Shown: positions 1 through 15,175 of the stretch, in pieces
How positions within the stretch are numbered: position 1 is the first letter of the stretch
How the letters are laid out: every line of letters starts with the position of its first letter
Assembly (NCBI RefSeq): GCF_009914755.1
Contig: NC_060929.1
Length of the DNA stretch: 64,000 nucleotides
Origin: the human T2T-CHM13v2.0 reference genome, Homo sapiens
Direction: 5' to 3' (one strand)
Translations under genes and position numbers: made by a program
The notes under the pieces: model-generated
Seen by the model: the letters and a program-made list of their open reading frames with translations, nothing else
What the model was told of the DNA's origin: nothing
The model's database searches: none

Positions 1-210
1 CCATTCTTTTTCATGATATAGTCCAAAGGGATCTAGACCCCATCTGCACATTCTGCAGAACATCACATGTAACAATAACAGCCATGGCAAATATCACCAT
101 CTCGATGACGTTGTATTAGTCAAACTAAATGAGCAAGAAGTGCCAAGTAGGCAAGAGGCTCTCACAAGACACATGGGCTCTAGAGGTTGGAAAATGAGCC
201 TTAAAAATTC

Positions 211-372
211 AGCCAGGTGTGGTGGCTCATGCCTATAATCCCAGTTACTCCGGAGGCTGAGGCAAGAGGATCATTTGAGCCTAGGAGTTCAAAGCTGCAG
301 TGAGCTATGATCGCACTACTGCACTCCAGCCTGGGCAACAGAGTGAGACTCTGCCTCTTAAAAAAATAAAAA
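211..372 (+). mobile_element. Alu monomer (FRAM/FAM-like)
   Basis: gccaggtgtggtggctcatgcc...cactccagcctgggcaacagagtgagac plus A tail; single arm. Confidence 0.85.
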
Positions 373-3300
373 TCAACAACCCCCTATATTGGTGACATTT
401 TTAGTCCTAAGCACGGAAGAGTGGGCCTTACTATGTAAGGGGCCATCCCCTCCAAAATAAAAGACAAATTAAAGCATCTCCCACCTCCCACCACTCAAAA
501 GGAAGCACAAAGCCTGGTGTGCCTTTTTGGGGTCTGGAGGCAGCACATTCCACAGTTGGGGAAACTTCTCCGAAACAGTTTACTGAGCGACACAGAAGTC
601 TCCAGGTGCGAATGGGACCCAGAGCAGGAAAGGGCTGGGCGGCAGGTCCGGGCTGTGAGCAAGCAGCCCTGCCACTTGGGCCATATGACTCCGCCGGGCC
701 TCCGATATTAGAGTTTTCCATAAGAGAAAGAAGGCGCCATGAGGAGTTTACTGAAGGCCCCAGTAGAAGAATCACAGCATAGTTCCCTGGGCTTCCAGAA
801 CAAGACCGTGCTATCTGTGGTGGAGAGCTATGTACCTTTCAACAAACAGCTCCTGGCTTACTATTTGTCTGCTCATTACGAAGCACTTGGCCATGAAATA
901 TCAAGTGAACACGCAACCAGAACTGCCCGTCATGATCCATCAAGTCACGAAGTTGGACAGGCCCAGCTATAGCCTGTCGTAAGATGATGGGAGTGGCACA
1001 TTCCAGATTGAGCAACAGCAGGTCCAGAATGCACAATTCAGCTCCACGCACAGGTGGCCCAGCCACCATCCCGCTCAGCAATGTCATACCCATACCTCTC
1101 CGTCAGTTTCATGGCGGGCCAGGAGTGGGGGAGGGGGGTGGTTCCCTTCATGGCAGAGAAGGCTCATGAACAGGTCAGCTCAATACGAAAGTTCACTTGC
1201 ATGCTTGCCCTCCTCCTGGCCCCGGCCCACACCATCTGAATACATACCTGAACAGGGCATTTCTTCCAGGTGAGGTAATTTTATGTGATGAGGCAATTAA
1301 ACTGAGTGGTTAAGAGATGACTTTTGGAGAGAACCAGTTTGAGATCCAAATCCTAACTCCAGCACCATCAGATTGTACGAGCTGATGTGAGTCTCTTCAC
1401 CGGCATGGGACCCATGGCCTCACCTGTGCAATCTGGATAAGGCTCCTCAGCCCCCAGGTTTGCCCGAGGTCTCAGTGCATGAGCATATTCACGCAGGACC
1501 GGGCTCTAGGTGAGGGCATATTGAACAGACGCTCCATGCTGAAAGATGTATGTGTAGGTGGGTTACAGAGCCCCATCCCCTGTCTTCCAAGTTCCTGCCG
1601 AACAAAAGTTGAGTTGTCTACTCTCTTCCAAACTCCATCCAGGAAACACAGTGAACATTCAATAATAACCCAGCGTTTCCTCAAGAGGATTTATATATCC
1701 ATCAGGAGAGCTTATGAAGTCAGGTTGGGGTTTTTTCCCCTGAACTGTGGCTATGTTTGGAAGCTGGTTTGTGGTGTGCACACATGCCATCCTCTCAGCC
1801 TGCCTGGCCTCTGAGGGCTCCACACCCTCTCCCTGAGTTCTGCTCGGTGGCCACTGAAACAACAAACATCCCTCCACTAGTACACAGGGAGCTAGAGACA
1901 GGCCAACTCTGACCAATTGCCACTGTTTCCAAGTTCACCCAGCAAGCTCGCTGGCCCTGGTTCATGTTCTTCTGAGTTTCAATGGGGGGCGAGACTGAAA
2001 ATTGGCCTCTCAAAGCACCCTTGGCTGAACTAAGTTCATGAAAAGAAAAAAAATCCTGTGAGACAACAGCTCCAAAAAAAATTTCCCCAGGCTGCAGTGT
2101 GTCCCTCCATTGACCTTTTCCAAAGCGGAGTAACCATCTTTATAAAAAAAAAAAAAAAAGGTGTCCCAAAGCAAGGGCACAGCACGTGTAGTCATGGAAT
2201 GTAATGGTCTTAGTGTCAAAAGGAGCTAAATTCAAATCCTAACTCTGCCTCCTTGTAGCCTTGAGCTATCCACAGCCTCAGTTTCCACTTCTGCAAAGGA
2301 CAGAGTGGCTAGGAGGTGCCTGGCACCCAGCAGACGCTCCTGGAGTCCCTTTACCATCATTGGATCAACTTTCACAGAACCAGAGCTTGTCAGAGTTGGG
2401 AAGCACCAGAGAGAGCATTCTGTCCAAATTTCAGTTGAGGAGTCCATTCTTACAGCCCCTGAGGCTTCCGTCTTATGGCTGACCTCATCCAACATGGGTA
2501 GAGAGGTCTCAAGAAAGGAAATCAAGACAATATTTTATTGAAAAGAAAAATATTGAAAAGCATGTCCCCCACCCCAGTTTCTGAGATTTTGCTGTCATCA
2601 TGGTTGCTAGGCTGGTCTGATATATGGACCAGAGCAGGGGAGAAGAATGGTGTAGGGGAGGGGCTGGTCCTCAGCAGGCATGCAGGGATCCATGACCTCC
2701 TCAACATGTCCCCTGAGCCCAGGGCAGGGGCATAACTCAGAGACTGCATCTGCAAGATGGCCTGAAAATGCTTCCAAAGAGAACATAGAGGAGGTAGAAG
2801 CTCTCTAAATCACTCAGGAACAGTGCATTCCTCAATCACACCAAATGACTGTGTTAACGTATTAACTCCTGTGACTGAGAAGTCCAGAGGAGGGATAGGC
2901 TTCAGCAAAACTTTGTTAGCAGCTCTGCAGAGTCTCCAAGAACTTCATTCCCTTCCATTTCTCCACTCTGCCTCCTGCATCTGCCTGCCCTCCCTCTTGG
3001 CCACAAGATGGCTGCCAGCGGCCATGAGGGCTTCCTAGTCCAGTGGAAAAGAGGGCAGCTCTGTGAAGATAGTTTCTGTGAAAGAACAACCGAAAAAGCT
3101 TCCTTTTCAGAACTTCCCAGCAAATGCTTCCCTGAGACACCTGCCAATCGCTGATGCCAGGGCATTGAGCTGTAAGCACAAGCTTAGGCCAACCAGGGCC
3201 ACCTTCTGGAGCTGGGATTTGGGCCTGCTTCCCTTGGAAACACAAGGGCTACATGGGGGACAGCACCCACATGAAAACTGGGGTGCTGATACCAAGATAA

Positions 3301-5199
3301 AGGAGTAGCTGCTGGACCTACAGCAGCAAATGTGCATGACACCATCCAATGCTGCATCCTCCCTAATCATGTATCAGCTCTGATCCTTCCACAAGTGCCC
3401 ACCGCTGTCTGTTCTCGTGCAGGTAGACAGGTAAATCTGACCAGTTTTGGTTAGTCCAGGGTAGATGCAGCTTCTTGACAACTAATGTTTTAGTGGGAGG
3501 GGCCAGGGGCTGCCCACTCCTTGAACTCATTGATTGCCAAACTTTGCTCTAAGGAGCACTTTTTTTCTGTGGAGCAGCCTCAGGGGAGCATTGTAATTGC
3601 AACAAAAAGCGGGTGCCTGGGGATAGAGGAGGCCAAACAGGTCAGGGTCTGGCCACCCTTTTCCACTTTAGGCTCACACACCTGCCCCTGGCCCCACCTT
3701 AAAACTGGTCTCTGATACCTACTCGTTTTTTGCAGCCTTGATGCTGGACTTTGACCCCGCCCCACCTCCTATGCAAATGTCAAATCCTTACAGCCTCTGC
3801 CTTCTAGAGCTGGTTCCTCAGTCCTCAGACCTGAAATTTGCTTCCTTCATGGCCCTGAGCTGACCCCTAGGTCTTCTACAACACCACGACACCTCTGCAA
3901 AAGACAATCAGCACTCCCCAGGCCAACCTGAAACTAGCCTGCCGTGGCAACTTTCTACCCATGAGAGATCACTTCACCTCTCCCAACCTCAGTTTTCTTC
4001 TTTATTAAATTGCAAGAACAACCCACAACTTAGACCAAGAATAATGCTGCCTACTGGGGCACTGGGTTGACTGTTACATTTGCAGAATCTCTCTTTTTAT
4101 TATCAATAATAGCTGGAACTGCTTGACCTGTTCAACATTCACGTTAACAGTATCCAGGCTCCGTTTAAAAAATATAAAAAAGCTCTTTATAAAGGGAATT
4201 GGAGGCCCCTAAAGACAACACTGGCACTAAGTGGGCTATGAGTGGCCCCAGGCTGGCTCCCCAGAGCTCCATAACTTTCTAGAACCTCTATAAATAGGAT
4301 GCTTTAAGCTAAGTCTCCACCCCAAAGTCTGCTTTGCAAGCAACATGCCTGCTTCTCGGAGTTGCTTTCTGCTGCTGCTGGCGATGGCAACCTTAAAAGT
4401 TGATTAAGATGAGCAGGTCTGGGTCTTGTCATTGCTCCTTCATTCCTTCTACCTTTGGAAGCTCAACTTCAAGGCTCACCCAAAGTCCTGAAGATGAGCG
4501 GAAAGCTGCATGGAGGAAATATATACATAATTCACTCACCCTTTCATTCATTCACAGCCACTCTGTACAACCTGCTCTGTACCTGAGTTTGAGGATGGGT
4601 AGAGTGGGAACTATTTGATGGTGTCACCACAAGGACCCAGGAATGCCTGGATCCTGCCTTTTACTGTCACCACCACCCTCCCCACACAGAGAACCTGAAG
4701 AGCAAGGGTGGAAGAGAAACCAGAGGAGCTGCTCCATGAACAGCTGCCCAGGTGAGCCTTCTACCCTGCAGAGCATCCTAGTGAGGGTTCAGGGCCAAAG
4801 TAAGGCCAACTCTCTATGCCAGATGTTCATCTTTAAATGATCATGCCAATGCAGGCTGAGAACAAAAGCAAGAGAGAGACAGAGAGAGAAAGAGAGAGGT
4901 GAGAGGAGAGAAAGAGAGAATACCCAAAGAGAGAACCAAGTACCAAGAGGGGCCCTGAATCCCCATGATCCACCCATACCTATGGAGAGGAAAAGAAAGA
5001 CAAATAAGGATGTCCTCCCTGATCTTTTGAGCCAGGCCTTGCTTAGTCAGGAATGATGCGATAGGGTTGACCAAATGTATGAGACAGGGAGGAGCATCCT
5101 AGGTCTGTGGAATAGCATGTGCACAATATGTAGCATGTCCAGGGAACACGCATGGCTATAGCAGAAGTACCAAAAGAGAAGAAGAAAGAGGTGAGGCTT

Positions 5200-5650
5200 A
5201 CCTTCAGAGGCAGGTAAGCTCTGCAGCGTCCAGATTGCAGGGGACCTATTATACAACTCCTTGACCCTTGCCATGACCCTCAGAGTGCACTCTCTTCACC
5301 TTGACTTTGGGCACAACTGTGTGACTTGCTTTGACCTACGGACACTAGCAGACAGGAGGGGAACAAAAAGCTTGAAATGTGCTTCTAAGGTTAGAACTGA
5401 CCTCTTCTACTCTTGCCTTTTGCCATGACAAGAACATCCTTTAGGCCATCACTGACCTAGAAAGGTTGAGAGACACATGGGGTAGGCCTGGGACTCAACA
5501 CACACCCAGAGACCAGCCCAGGCGAGCCCAGCCAAGATCAGCCACATCCTCACCAACCACGCATGCATGAGCAAGAGCAATGAATGCTTATCAAGGTGGA
5601 CATGCCACTGATGTTGTGTGGTTATTTGTCACACAGAAAATGCTGACTGA
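5200..5650 (+). mobile_element. Old MaLR LTR (MLT1H/I-like)
   Basis: gactttgggcacaactgtgtgacttgctttgacc...ccactgatgttgtgtggttatttgtcacacag resembles MLT1 LTR; boundaries approximate. Confidence 0.55.
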
Positions 5651-5859
5651 GTCAGCCTTGGGTGCTTGGGTAAGATATTTGGAATTTATCCTGGAAGTGG
5701 AAGAAAATCATTTAATAACTTTTTGCAGACAGTCCTCTCACAACCTTCCGAGCTAAAATATGGGGAATGAAATTCACCCTCTCTGCAGTCCCTGGCACGG
5801 TGTTGGACATGTGGAACAGACACACTAAATCCTTCCTGGTGAATTCAGGGAAACGTATG

Positions 5860-6145
5860 CCTTTGCTCAAGCTGTTCTGTCTCACTTAAAAGACCTTCCC
5901 CCACCACAGCCACCTAATAGACACATTTTTCTACTTCAAGCATCCTGCTTAGAACCTTGCCAGAAACTTCTGTAAGCTGGATCAAGAACTCCAGCAGATA
6001 TTCCACAATAGACTTGGTTTCTCCTCTTCTAGACTCTGAGCTCCTTAAGGGACAATGTCTATTTTCTCTTGGGTCCCCAGCACCTAGGATAGTGCCTGAC
6101 ATACAGTAGGTGACCAGTCAGTCTGTTCAATGAATGAACAAGTGA
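5860..6145 (+). mobile_element. L2 LINE 3' end
   Basis: cccagcacctaggatagtgcctgacatacagtagg...tgttcaatgaatgaa is the typical L2 tail. Confidence 0.6.
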
Positions 6146-7652
6146 ACTCCCCCACATCTTCTAGCACAAAGCTGGGCCAGTGGTCCTCATGCAGCAAATA
6201 CTAAGTTGCTTGGCTGCCAATATTTGTCCTAATTAATTAATACCCTCTCCTGTTACTTCTTTCTTCTCCTATTTAGAATCTTAAACTCCCTCCCCCGAGC
6301 TACTCAGCCTCTGCTACAGTAACCTCTTTATTCCATTTTAATAATACCTAGACTATGGACAGAGTGACATAAAGGAAACCCGTGAGTCAAAACATCTATG
6401 GTAGGAAAAATACAGGTGACCTATAAAGTACTTCACCAACTTTCCTGAAGACTTCATGCTTGGACCTTATAAATCATGGGCGCCTGTCCCGCACAGGCTG
6501 GGCCAACACACTGCAGTGGGCTGCCCATCTTTAAGAGGCCTGGTGACACAATGGCTTGTTGATGCAGGGTATTTATACAGAATTTCCCACATCAATCTTG
6601 GTGTAAAAAGGGAGGTGATGTCATTCAGCGGTGAAACAGGTATCATCTGTAGAAAATCCCAAGCAGCCTCGGGGACACAGTCACACTTGTTTATTTATTT
6701 AAGGTTGCATGAATCGTAAGATGAACACTGAAGCTGTGCTACAAAGACCAGGAGCTTTCAAAACATCCAGACCCTCTGACCCAGAAAGTATTCCCCTTCT
6801 AGGAATCTGTCCTAATAAAGTCATCAGGGAGGTGTACAGAGAGATGCACAAAGATTTATGTTTATAGTTTGATTCCTGGAATGGTAACTAGAAAAGGAAA
6901 AAACATAAATAACTCTACTTAATACAGCTGGGAAGCGGTTAAGCAAACATGGAGGTGGTGTAACTAGGTGGTTACATCCACATCACGCAGTGTTTTACAG
7001 CTGTTAAAATTGATCATTTGTGTTCTTTCTCCTTTTTTTCCCTTCCTGATTGAGTCTAAAAGCCATCATGTGTGGCTGAGCAAGGTAGGAGTCTGCAGAA
7101 GGTGAAGATGGGAGTTCTAGAACCTGAGACAGGTAAGGAGCGTGTCTACACAGAGTGGTGGATGTGGCAAGGATAGCCTGGCCCAAGGTGTCTCACCAGG
7201 TAGGGTAAGAAGGGGACTCATGAAGGGAGGCAGTGTTGGTGACAGCCTAGCATGGGGATTCAGAGTCTGAGTGGGTGAGGAGAGTGTCTCCATGAGTAGT
7301 GGCAGCTGCAGTGGACCAGCACAAGGTGTTGGAGCCACACTGAGGGGAGGAGGGCATCCATATAGGAGGAAGAGAGATGCATCCCAGCACGTCAGGTCAG
7401 AGCACGAGTGGGTCAGGAGGTAATTCACACGACCGTAGAATAGGTAGCAGTGGCAGTAATAACAGATTGGTTACTTGCAGGAGCATTAAGCAAATTAGTA
7501 AATATGTTCTGGGTTTCTTACTGTCCAAGAAGTGTTACAAATACGAAAAGGCAGAAAACTAGGATGAACTTGTTGTATTGGCTTGAAGAAATCAGTGTGA
7601 ATTCATGAAGACAGAGAAAAAGAGAGATGATTAGATGCATAGAGATTAGAAT

Positions 7653-7722
7653 GTGCGTGTGTGCGTGTGTGCGTGTGCGTGTGTGCGTGTGTGCGTGTGC
7701 GTGTGTGTGCGTGTGTGTGTGT
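7653..7722 (+). repeat. (GTGTGC)n/(TG)n microsatellite
   Basis: Directly visible alternating purine-pyrimidine tract. Confidence 0.95.
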
Positions 7723-8060
7723 ATACATGTATTCCCTAGCTCTGTCCACCAAGTGCATCTAGAAGCAACAACTCAATAGAATGAGCAGCTTAGCAAGTAG
7801 ATCTTGGTTTCTAAATACCATCCTCCACTAAAATAAACCAAGAGTCAATGGAGAAATGGCTCCTGAAGAGGCAAATTGCTATAGGCCCAAGAACACCTGC
7901 ACATTCTTGCTTGGTGTGCCAAGAATGGAAGACCTGATTACTCCTTCCCAAGCCCATATCACGATTGTGTTTGCAGTGAGCAACTTTGCAGAGCAAGTAA
8001 TGTCTCCTTCCAGAATAAAGATTAGGCTTGCTTATTGTTTGCTATAAAAGTGGTGGATCT

Positions 8061-8666
<606 letters not shown>

Positions 8667-9269
8667 GTGGTGGATTCCTCAAGCTCGGTGTTCTTTTGTT
8701 GCCATGCAAACACACTCCACACATGACATCCATCCAGGTCATATCACGTTGCTCCCCTAGACTGGGGTGCAGAAAAACCAATGAATTATGCTATTGCTCA
8801 TGTTACTTCCTGTGTCATAAGTAATAAAGTCCTTTGCCTTGGACTCAGGAGTCTCATGTATTCTGCCAACATCCATGAAATACTAATAGTCTCTTATTAG
8901 CTTGTAGGTAGGGTAAAATAAAATCACAGACTCAATGAGGACTGATTCCAGGGCTGGCCCAGAAAAAGTTAAGATTTATCTTTTACCAAAACATAAAGTA
9001 GTGCTTAGAGAAAGATAGGGACTCATCTAAAAAGATACAGAATTCAAGGTGAAGGGGCTCTCACTGCCCAAATCTGGGACAATTTTATTATCAAATAAAT
9101 GAGGATAGCAACTGATTGTAACCTGTCGAATAAGATAGGAACCCATAAATCCAATCAATCAATGATATTTCTTGTACTGAAAAAATTGTTCAGAGGAAGT
9201 TTTAGAAGACATGGGCAAAATGACCTGCTCTCTATATAGAATGGAAGACATTAACTCTTCTTTATTTGT

Positions 9270-11500
9270 TTCTTTATCAGAATCCATTCCCCATTTCCCA
9301 ATATTTGTTTGTGGTTCTCCCCTCCTTTCTCAGGCCATGAGTTCTGGATAAAAATCCCTGTTTCAGGGGTAGAACACATAACCCAATCCTGGCCCATAAG
9401 GCACATCATGCTTTGGGCCATTTGAACTAGTTCAGGGATGAGTGCTTGACCTCACCAGTCCAATTAAAGTGAATCTCAAAAGTTTTGTGGAGGTAAGGGG
9501 GAAACTCTTACTTTTTTCCATTGGGATTGAACTTGATGTGAGTTTGGAGCTTCTCAGCCCTCTTGTCACCATAAAAGAAGAGCCTGAAACTTTTGCAGAC
9601 ACCACGTACAGCCTGTGAATAAAGCTGATGTGTAGATTTGTCGTGTTCTTTGCTGAACATTCTTAATATGTTTATGGAATTTTCAGCCTTATGAATCTTT
9701 TCTCTCTAAGGTAGAATTCAGAAAACTTATTTCTCTAGCCCCCTTTGCACCTAGCCGCTAGTCTATTCTAGGTGCCACCAACAAGATGTATTCATGTAGA
9801 CTTTGAATATAATGTAAGAACATGGAAAAGGAGGCTCTTCTCAAAATCCAAGTTGCTAGAGAAGGTAGCACCAGAAACATCTGGTTGTGAGGGTGTTGGT
9901 AGTAGTTTAAAAGTGAAATTACTAGAACAGAAATAACATCAGTGCTGGCAGCAGTATTCATTGCACTGAAGTTGAGTTCCTGACAGCATTGTGAGATACA
10001 GAATTTAGTGCTTGGTAGTAGCAATGGCCACAGTTTTCTCACCAGATCAGTTCTCCAGCATTTTTAGGAATATTATTTCTGGAAACTTAGCCTTGAGCCT
10101 GATTCTTCTGCCTTTGCAACAATTCTACATTATTGCTATTCTTTCATTAAGCTCTTTTTCTGCTTATTAAGTCAGAGTCAGTTTCTATCATGCACAACTA
10201 AAAGTCTTCTCTGATTAAAAAAAATTTTTTAATTGGTACAAGGAGTAGGGTAATGAAAGTAACAGAACCTAAAATATGGCAGAAGAAGGATCTGATTATT
10301 ACTGACAGAAGCTGATGAACATTCTTATGCAGTTGCAAACATTTGGTCAAAGTGCTGCCTGCTCTGCCTTAAGACATTATATCTATTAGGGATATGGAGT
10401 ACAAAGAAATTATTGAAAATTCCAGAGTATTAATCCATGCTGGCCACTTCTTACTATTTTAACAGAGTCCTACAAGAGAGATGATTGCCAACAAGAGCTA
10501 GCCAGTCTTCTTCAAGCCAGTGGAAAAGATACAGCTTTGCTAAGGGAGGCACTATCTGACTACAACCTCTAATCTAAATTGACTGAGAATCCCATAATTT
10601 GAAGTCTGGTGGGTTGAAAAAGCTCAAGTAACAGCACAAACAACAGCCATAAAGCCACAGTGTTAGCAGGAAATTATATCAGTGCCAAAGCTGTTGTCTA
10701 GTACCTTCCCTTAAGAGTTTCCTGCCAAATAAAGAGGGAGCACCAACACACAAAGATCAAATTAAAGGAGATGTTTCTCCACCCAAGGTTGCTATTTTAA
10801 ATTGCCCTGAAGAATCAGCCAATAAACCAAGGGCTAAAGGGCTGGATAGGGCACAGAGAGAGACAATGGGTTAAAAAAAAAAAAACCATTTAGGCTTACC
10901 TACTCTGTCTAGATAAAATCTTTTGTGGTTACTTACATATGGAAGTCTCTGAAACCAAAGACTGGATCTCTATTACATTTTTGAGGAATGTATATTTCCA
11001 AACAATCTATGATAGCCTGTGACTGTTCAACTCTAAAAATAATCCTTGGGGATCAAACTTCTACCAAGAAGAAATGTGCAGTCCCCAGAAAAGACAGCAA
11101 CCCCAATATCTTTCAGCTGTAGCTAAGGTAATAAGCAGGAAGTATCCTCCCACATCTTGTCCTGATGAGTGGACTGCACATTATTACTCAGAGATCCTGA
11201 GTTTCAAGATGGATGCAGTAACTGCCTTTGGACTTTGGACTGTACATAAAGTATATGTATAGAAATAAAAGCAAGTGGATGTTGGGTAACTAAAAGGGTG
11301 AACTATGGCAGACATTTTTAATCGGCCACCTAAAAGCCATTCATAACCTTCTTCCTTAATTTTCTTGGCAGCAAAGTTAAAATATTCACCTTCCCAGACA
11401 CCTCTGCTGCCAAGGGTGGCCATATTACCCAGTTCTGGCCAATACAATCTAAGGAAAATTGCTGGACAAGGCTTCCAGGGAAGGTTTTTAAAAGAAATAG
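9270..11500 (+). mobile_element. Decayed MaLR provirus: MLT1-type LTR followed by MLT-internal sequence, with nested older LTR pieces
   Basis: MLT1J/K-like LTR from ~9270; LTR end (gtcagagtcagtttctatcatgcacaactaaaag) followed by aattggtacaaggagtaggg at ~10230, typical of a MaLR internal start. Confidence 0.45.
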
Positions 11501-11837
11501 TTTCAGATGACATAAGTAAGGCAATTAACATTTTTCTTTCAAAAATAACAAAAATATTACATACAAAGTTGAAGACTCCTTCACCCTTCAACTCTAGTCT
11601 TTTACCCTCCCCTCATCTCCTGTTATCAGTTTAGTGTGCACCTTTCCAGACCTTTTCTCATGCATTTGAATACATACATACCTATACACACACACAGAGA
11701 GAGAGATAGAGAGAAAGAAGATATGTAATATTGTTGGGAGTTACCTAAATGGTATCATGCTAAGGGTATAACTCTGCAACTTGCTCTTCTTACTCAGTAA
11801 CATGTTTTGGAGATATTTCCATACCATACTTGTAGAT

Positions 11838-12202
11838 TGATATGGTTTGGCTCTATGTCCCACCCAAATCTCATCTTGTAGCTCCCATAATTCCCACATG
11901 TTGTGGGAGGGACCCAGTAAGAGATGACTGAATCATGGGGGCAGGTCTTTCCTGTGCTGTCCTCATGATAGCGAATGGGTCTCATGAGATCTGTTGGTTT
12001 TAACAACTGCAGTTTCTTTGCACAAGCTCTCTCTTTGCCTGCTGCCGTCTATGTAAGATGTGACGTGCTCCTCCTTGCCTTCCACCATGATTGTGAGGCC
12101 TCCCCAGCCATGTGGAACTGTAAGTTCAATAAACCTTTTTCTTTTGTAAATTGCCCAGTCTCAGGTATGTCTTTTTCAGCAGTGTGGAAATGAACTAATA
12201 CA
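11838..12202 (+). mobile_element. THE1 (THE1B-like) solo LTR with perfect 5-bp TSD
   Basis: tgatatggtttggct...gaactaataca; TAGAT at 11833-11837 and 12203-12207. Confidence 0.93.
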
Positions 12203-12269
12203 TAGATCTTCCTCATTCTCTTTACCAGCTACATAGTTTCCCATAGTATGAATGCTCCACAATGTATTT

Positions 12270-12765
12270 TTTAAAAATAACTTTAACTTTTATGTTAGAT
12301 TCAAAGGGTACATGAGTAGGTTTGTTACCTGGGTTTATTGTGTGATGCTGAGGTTTGGGGTGCAATTGATCCCATCACCCAGGTACTGAGCATAGTACCC
12401 AATAGTTAGTTTTTCAATCCTTTCCTTCTTTCCTCCCACTGTAGTAGTCCCTAGTGTCTACTGTTGACACCTTTATGTCCATGAGTCCCATTGTTTAACT
12501 CCACTTACAAGTGAGAACATGCAGTATTTGGTTTTCTGTTCCTGAGATAATTCACTTAGAATAATGGCCTCTAGCTGCATTCATGTTGCTGCAAAGGACA
12601 TGATTTTGTTCTTTTTTATGGCTGCATAGCATTCCATGGTGCATATGTACTACATTTTCTTTATGCAATCCACCATTGATAGGTACCTAGGTTGATTCCA
12701 TGTCTTTGCTATTGTGAATAGTGCTGTGATGAACATACAAGTGCATGTGTCTTTTTGGTAGAAAA
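12270..12765 (-). mobile_element. L1PA15/16-like 3' fragment nested in an older L1M
   Basis: aggtttgttacctgggt...gatcccatcacccaggtactgagcatagtacccaatagttag...gtgagaacatgcagtatttgg; flanked by older L1M sequence (~11540-13160). Confidence 0.8.
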
Positions 12766-13480
12766 ATTTGCAAAATTTATTTAGCCATTTTTAAAACTGA
12801 TGAGCACTTACACTCTGTCTCAGTGTTACTATGTATTATTTACTCTTGGAAACAGCGCTGCAATGAAAATTCTTGTATACAGTTCTTTGTGCACATGTGC
12901 AAGTATTTCTCTAAGGCAGATACTCAAAAATGTAATTTCTAGGTCATAGGCTATGCACATTTTTAATTTTTATGTCCTTTTAAAATTTTAATATGTCCTG
13001 CCAAATTTCCCTACAAGGTGGCAGTACAAATTTATAGCCTCTCTGCAGGGCGTGAGAATTCTCCACACTCTCACCAACTTACATTTTCTTTTCCAATCTG
13101 ATGGGTAAGAAATGGCTTCTGGTTGTGTTCATTTGCAGTTTTCTGAGGAGCAGTGAGTTCAGCTTCGTTTATCAGACTCCTCTCTCAATCAGGTCTTTCC
13201 TGGAGCCTCAGCAGCTCAGTGGATTCTTATCAATGATCTGCATCATGTAAAGGGATGGACTTCGGAGTGGAAACAACAGAGTCTGGTCCTAATCTCTTTG
13301 CTGTAGTAACTCAGGGAAGTTAATGAGAGTGATGAGGAGATTAAAGGAGACAATGCATAGAAGGGATTTAGCCCAGTGCCTGATGCATCAAGAACACCCA
13401 ATAAATGCTGGCTATCCTCACCAGCCTTATTATTATTATGATGATGACTATTATTATGACTACCATCTCCACTTCTCTCA

Positions 13481-14050
13481 TGTGTGACAGATAGCTGCTG
13501 ACATAATTTCCAGTGATCCCCACCCCATAGTATTCATGCCGTGTGTAATCCCATACCTTGAGTGGTGGGCTGGACCTAGTGTCTTGTTCCTAACAAACAG
13601 AATACACCAAAAGTGATGGAATATCACTTCCATGGTTAGCTTTAAAAAGACTGTGGATTCCATCTTGCTGACATGTTCCTATTGCTGTCTCCCTTCTTGT
13701 ACACTTTGATGAAGCAAGCAGCCATGCTGGAGAGGCCCACATGGAAAGGAACTGAGGGAACCCTCCAGCCATCAGGAAATGAGGAGCTAAAGCTGGCAGC
13801 CTACCAGGAACTGAATCCCACCAACAACCATGTAAGTAAACTTGGAAGCAGATCTTCCCCAATCCAGCCTTCTGATGAGTATAGCCCAGATGAAGCCTTG
13901 TGTGCTGCCTGTGAGATACCCTGAAGCACAGGACCCAGCTAAATGATGTCCAGTTTTCACACCTACAGAAATTGTGAGATAATACATGTTGTTACTTCAA
14001 GGCACTAAGTGTTGGTGTGATTTGCTACACAGCAACAGCTTACTAATATA
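13481..14050 (+). mobile_element. MLT1E/F-like LTR
   Basis: gatccccacccc...ccttgagtggtgggctggacctagtg...cacctacagaaattgtgagataatacatgttgttacttcaag...tttgctacacagcaa. Confidence 0.75.
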
Positions 14051-15119
14051 TGATGTAAATTTCTTAAGGAAACAGGTTCCATTAACCATCTTTCTTAATC
14101 AGTAACATAAAATTCAGAATCACTCCCTAAAACCATGGCAATGGTGTATCTTTTACTGAAATAAACCTATTGAATACTTCCCAAAGACAAGATATTGTGA
14201 GTTATTTGGAAGAAAAGTGCTTCTGGGTATTTTAATAGCCCTAGCTTGATGTGTCACCTCATGTTTACAAAGGCAGAAGGCAAGGTAGTATGATTATAGG
14301 AGCAACGCTTGATGGTCAGACGGACTTGGCTTGGCTTTCAAGTTCAGCTCCTGGTGGCGTCACCTTGGGCTGTGTCACTTCTCCTCTCTGAGCCTCCAAT
14401 TCCTCAACCACCCAGAGAGGTTAAAAAAGGAAAAGCTCCCCAACCACACATGGTTTTACTGTGGGAATGCAGAGATATATAACATCCAAGCACCTAACCC
14501 TCAGCAGGTACAGAAATACTACTCATTTTTTCCAAGACTTTTTTGACCTTGACATTTCTGCCCCTTCACAAACAGACAAAACACTGAAAAACATGTCACT
14601 GAAATGGAGAAGGAAAATGCCAGCTCTGTCGAGCTTGTATGAGAAGAAAAGGGAGGTCCAGGCTTTGCCACAGGATTAGGAATAAAAGCAGATGAAAGGT
14701 GGGACTCTATCCAGGAACAGGCCGTATTGAAAGGGAATTTTATCAAAATTGCAGTAAACAGTTGCCCTCTCTTCAGCCTTGGAAAGAAAAAAGAGAGAGA
14801 GAGATTGGAGTGTTACCTACAAGGGTGAGAGTTGATTTTTCTTTTAACTTTTCAGCTAATCTGTCACCTTCTATGTAATAAAGGGCTGAAAAATAAAAGT
14901 CTATCCAGCTTTGGAGAGAACTTATCTGGGGTACTTTTACTACTTTTTTCCAAAAGAAATGCTGTGTCTAAAACCACAAACTTGCACCTGTTTCCCTTGA
15001 CTTAAGGGCCCGAAAAGTGACGTTTTCAATTAGTAGATGCTTTTCTTTCCAAAACTGATCTTAAGACAAAGTTTTATAGCTAAAAAATTAATTTTCTTTC
15101 ACTGCCCCAAAACCAAAAG

Positions 15120-15175
15120 ATAAGACAAAAGAAGGAAAAGAAGAAAGAAAAAAGAAAGAAAGAAAGAAAGAAAGA
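15120..15175 (+). repeat. (GAAA)n / purine-rich simple repeat
   Basis: Directly visible. Confidence 0.85.
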
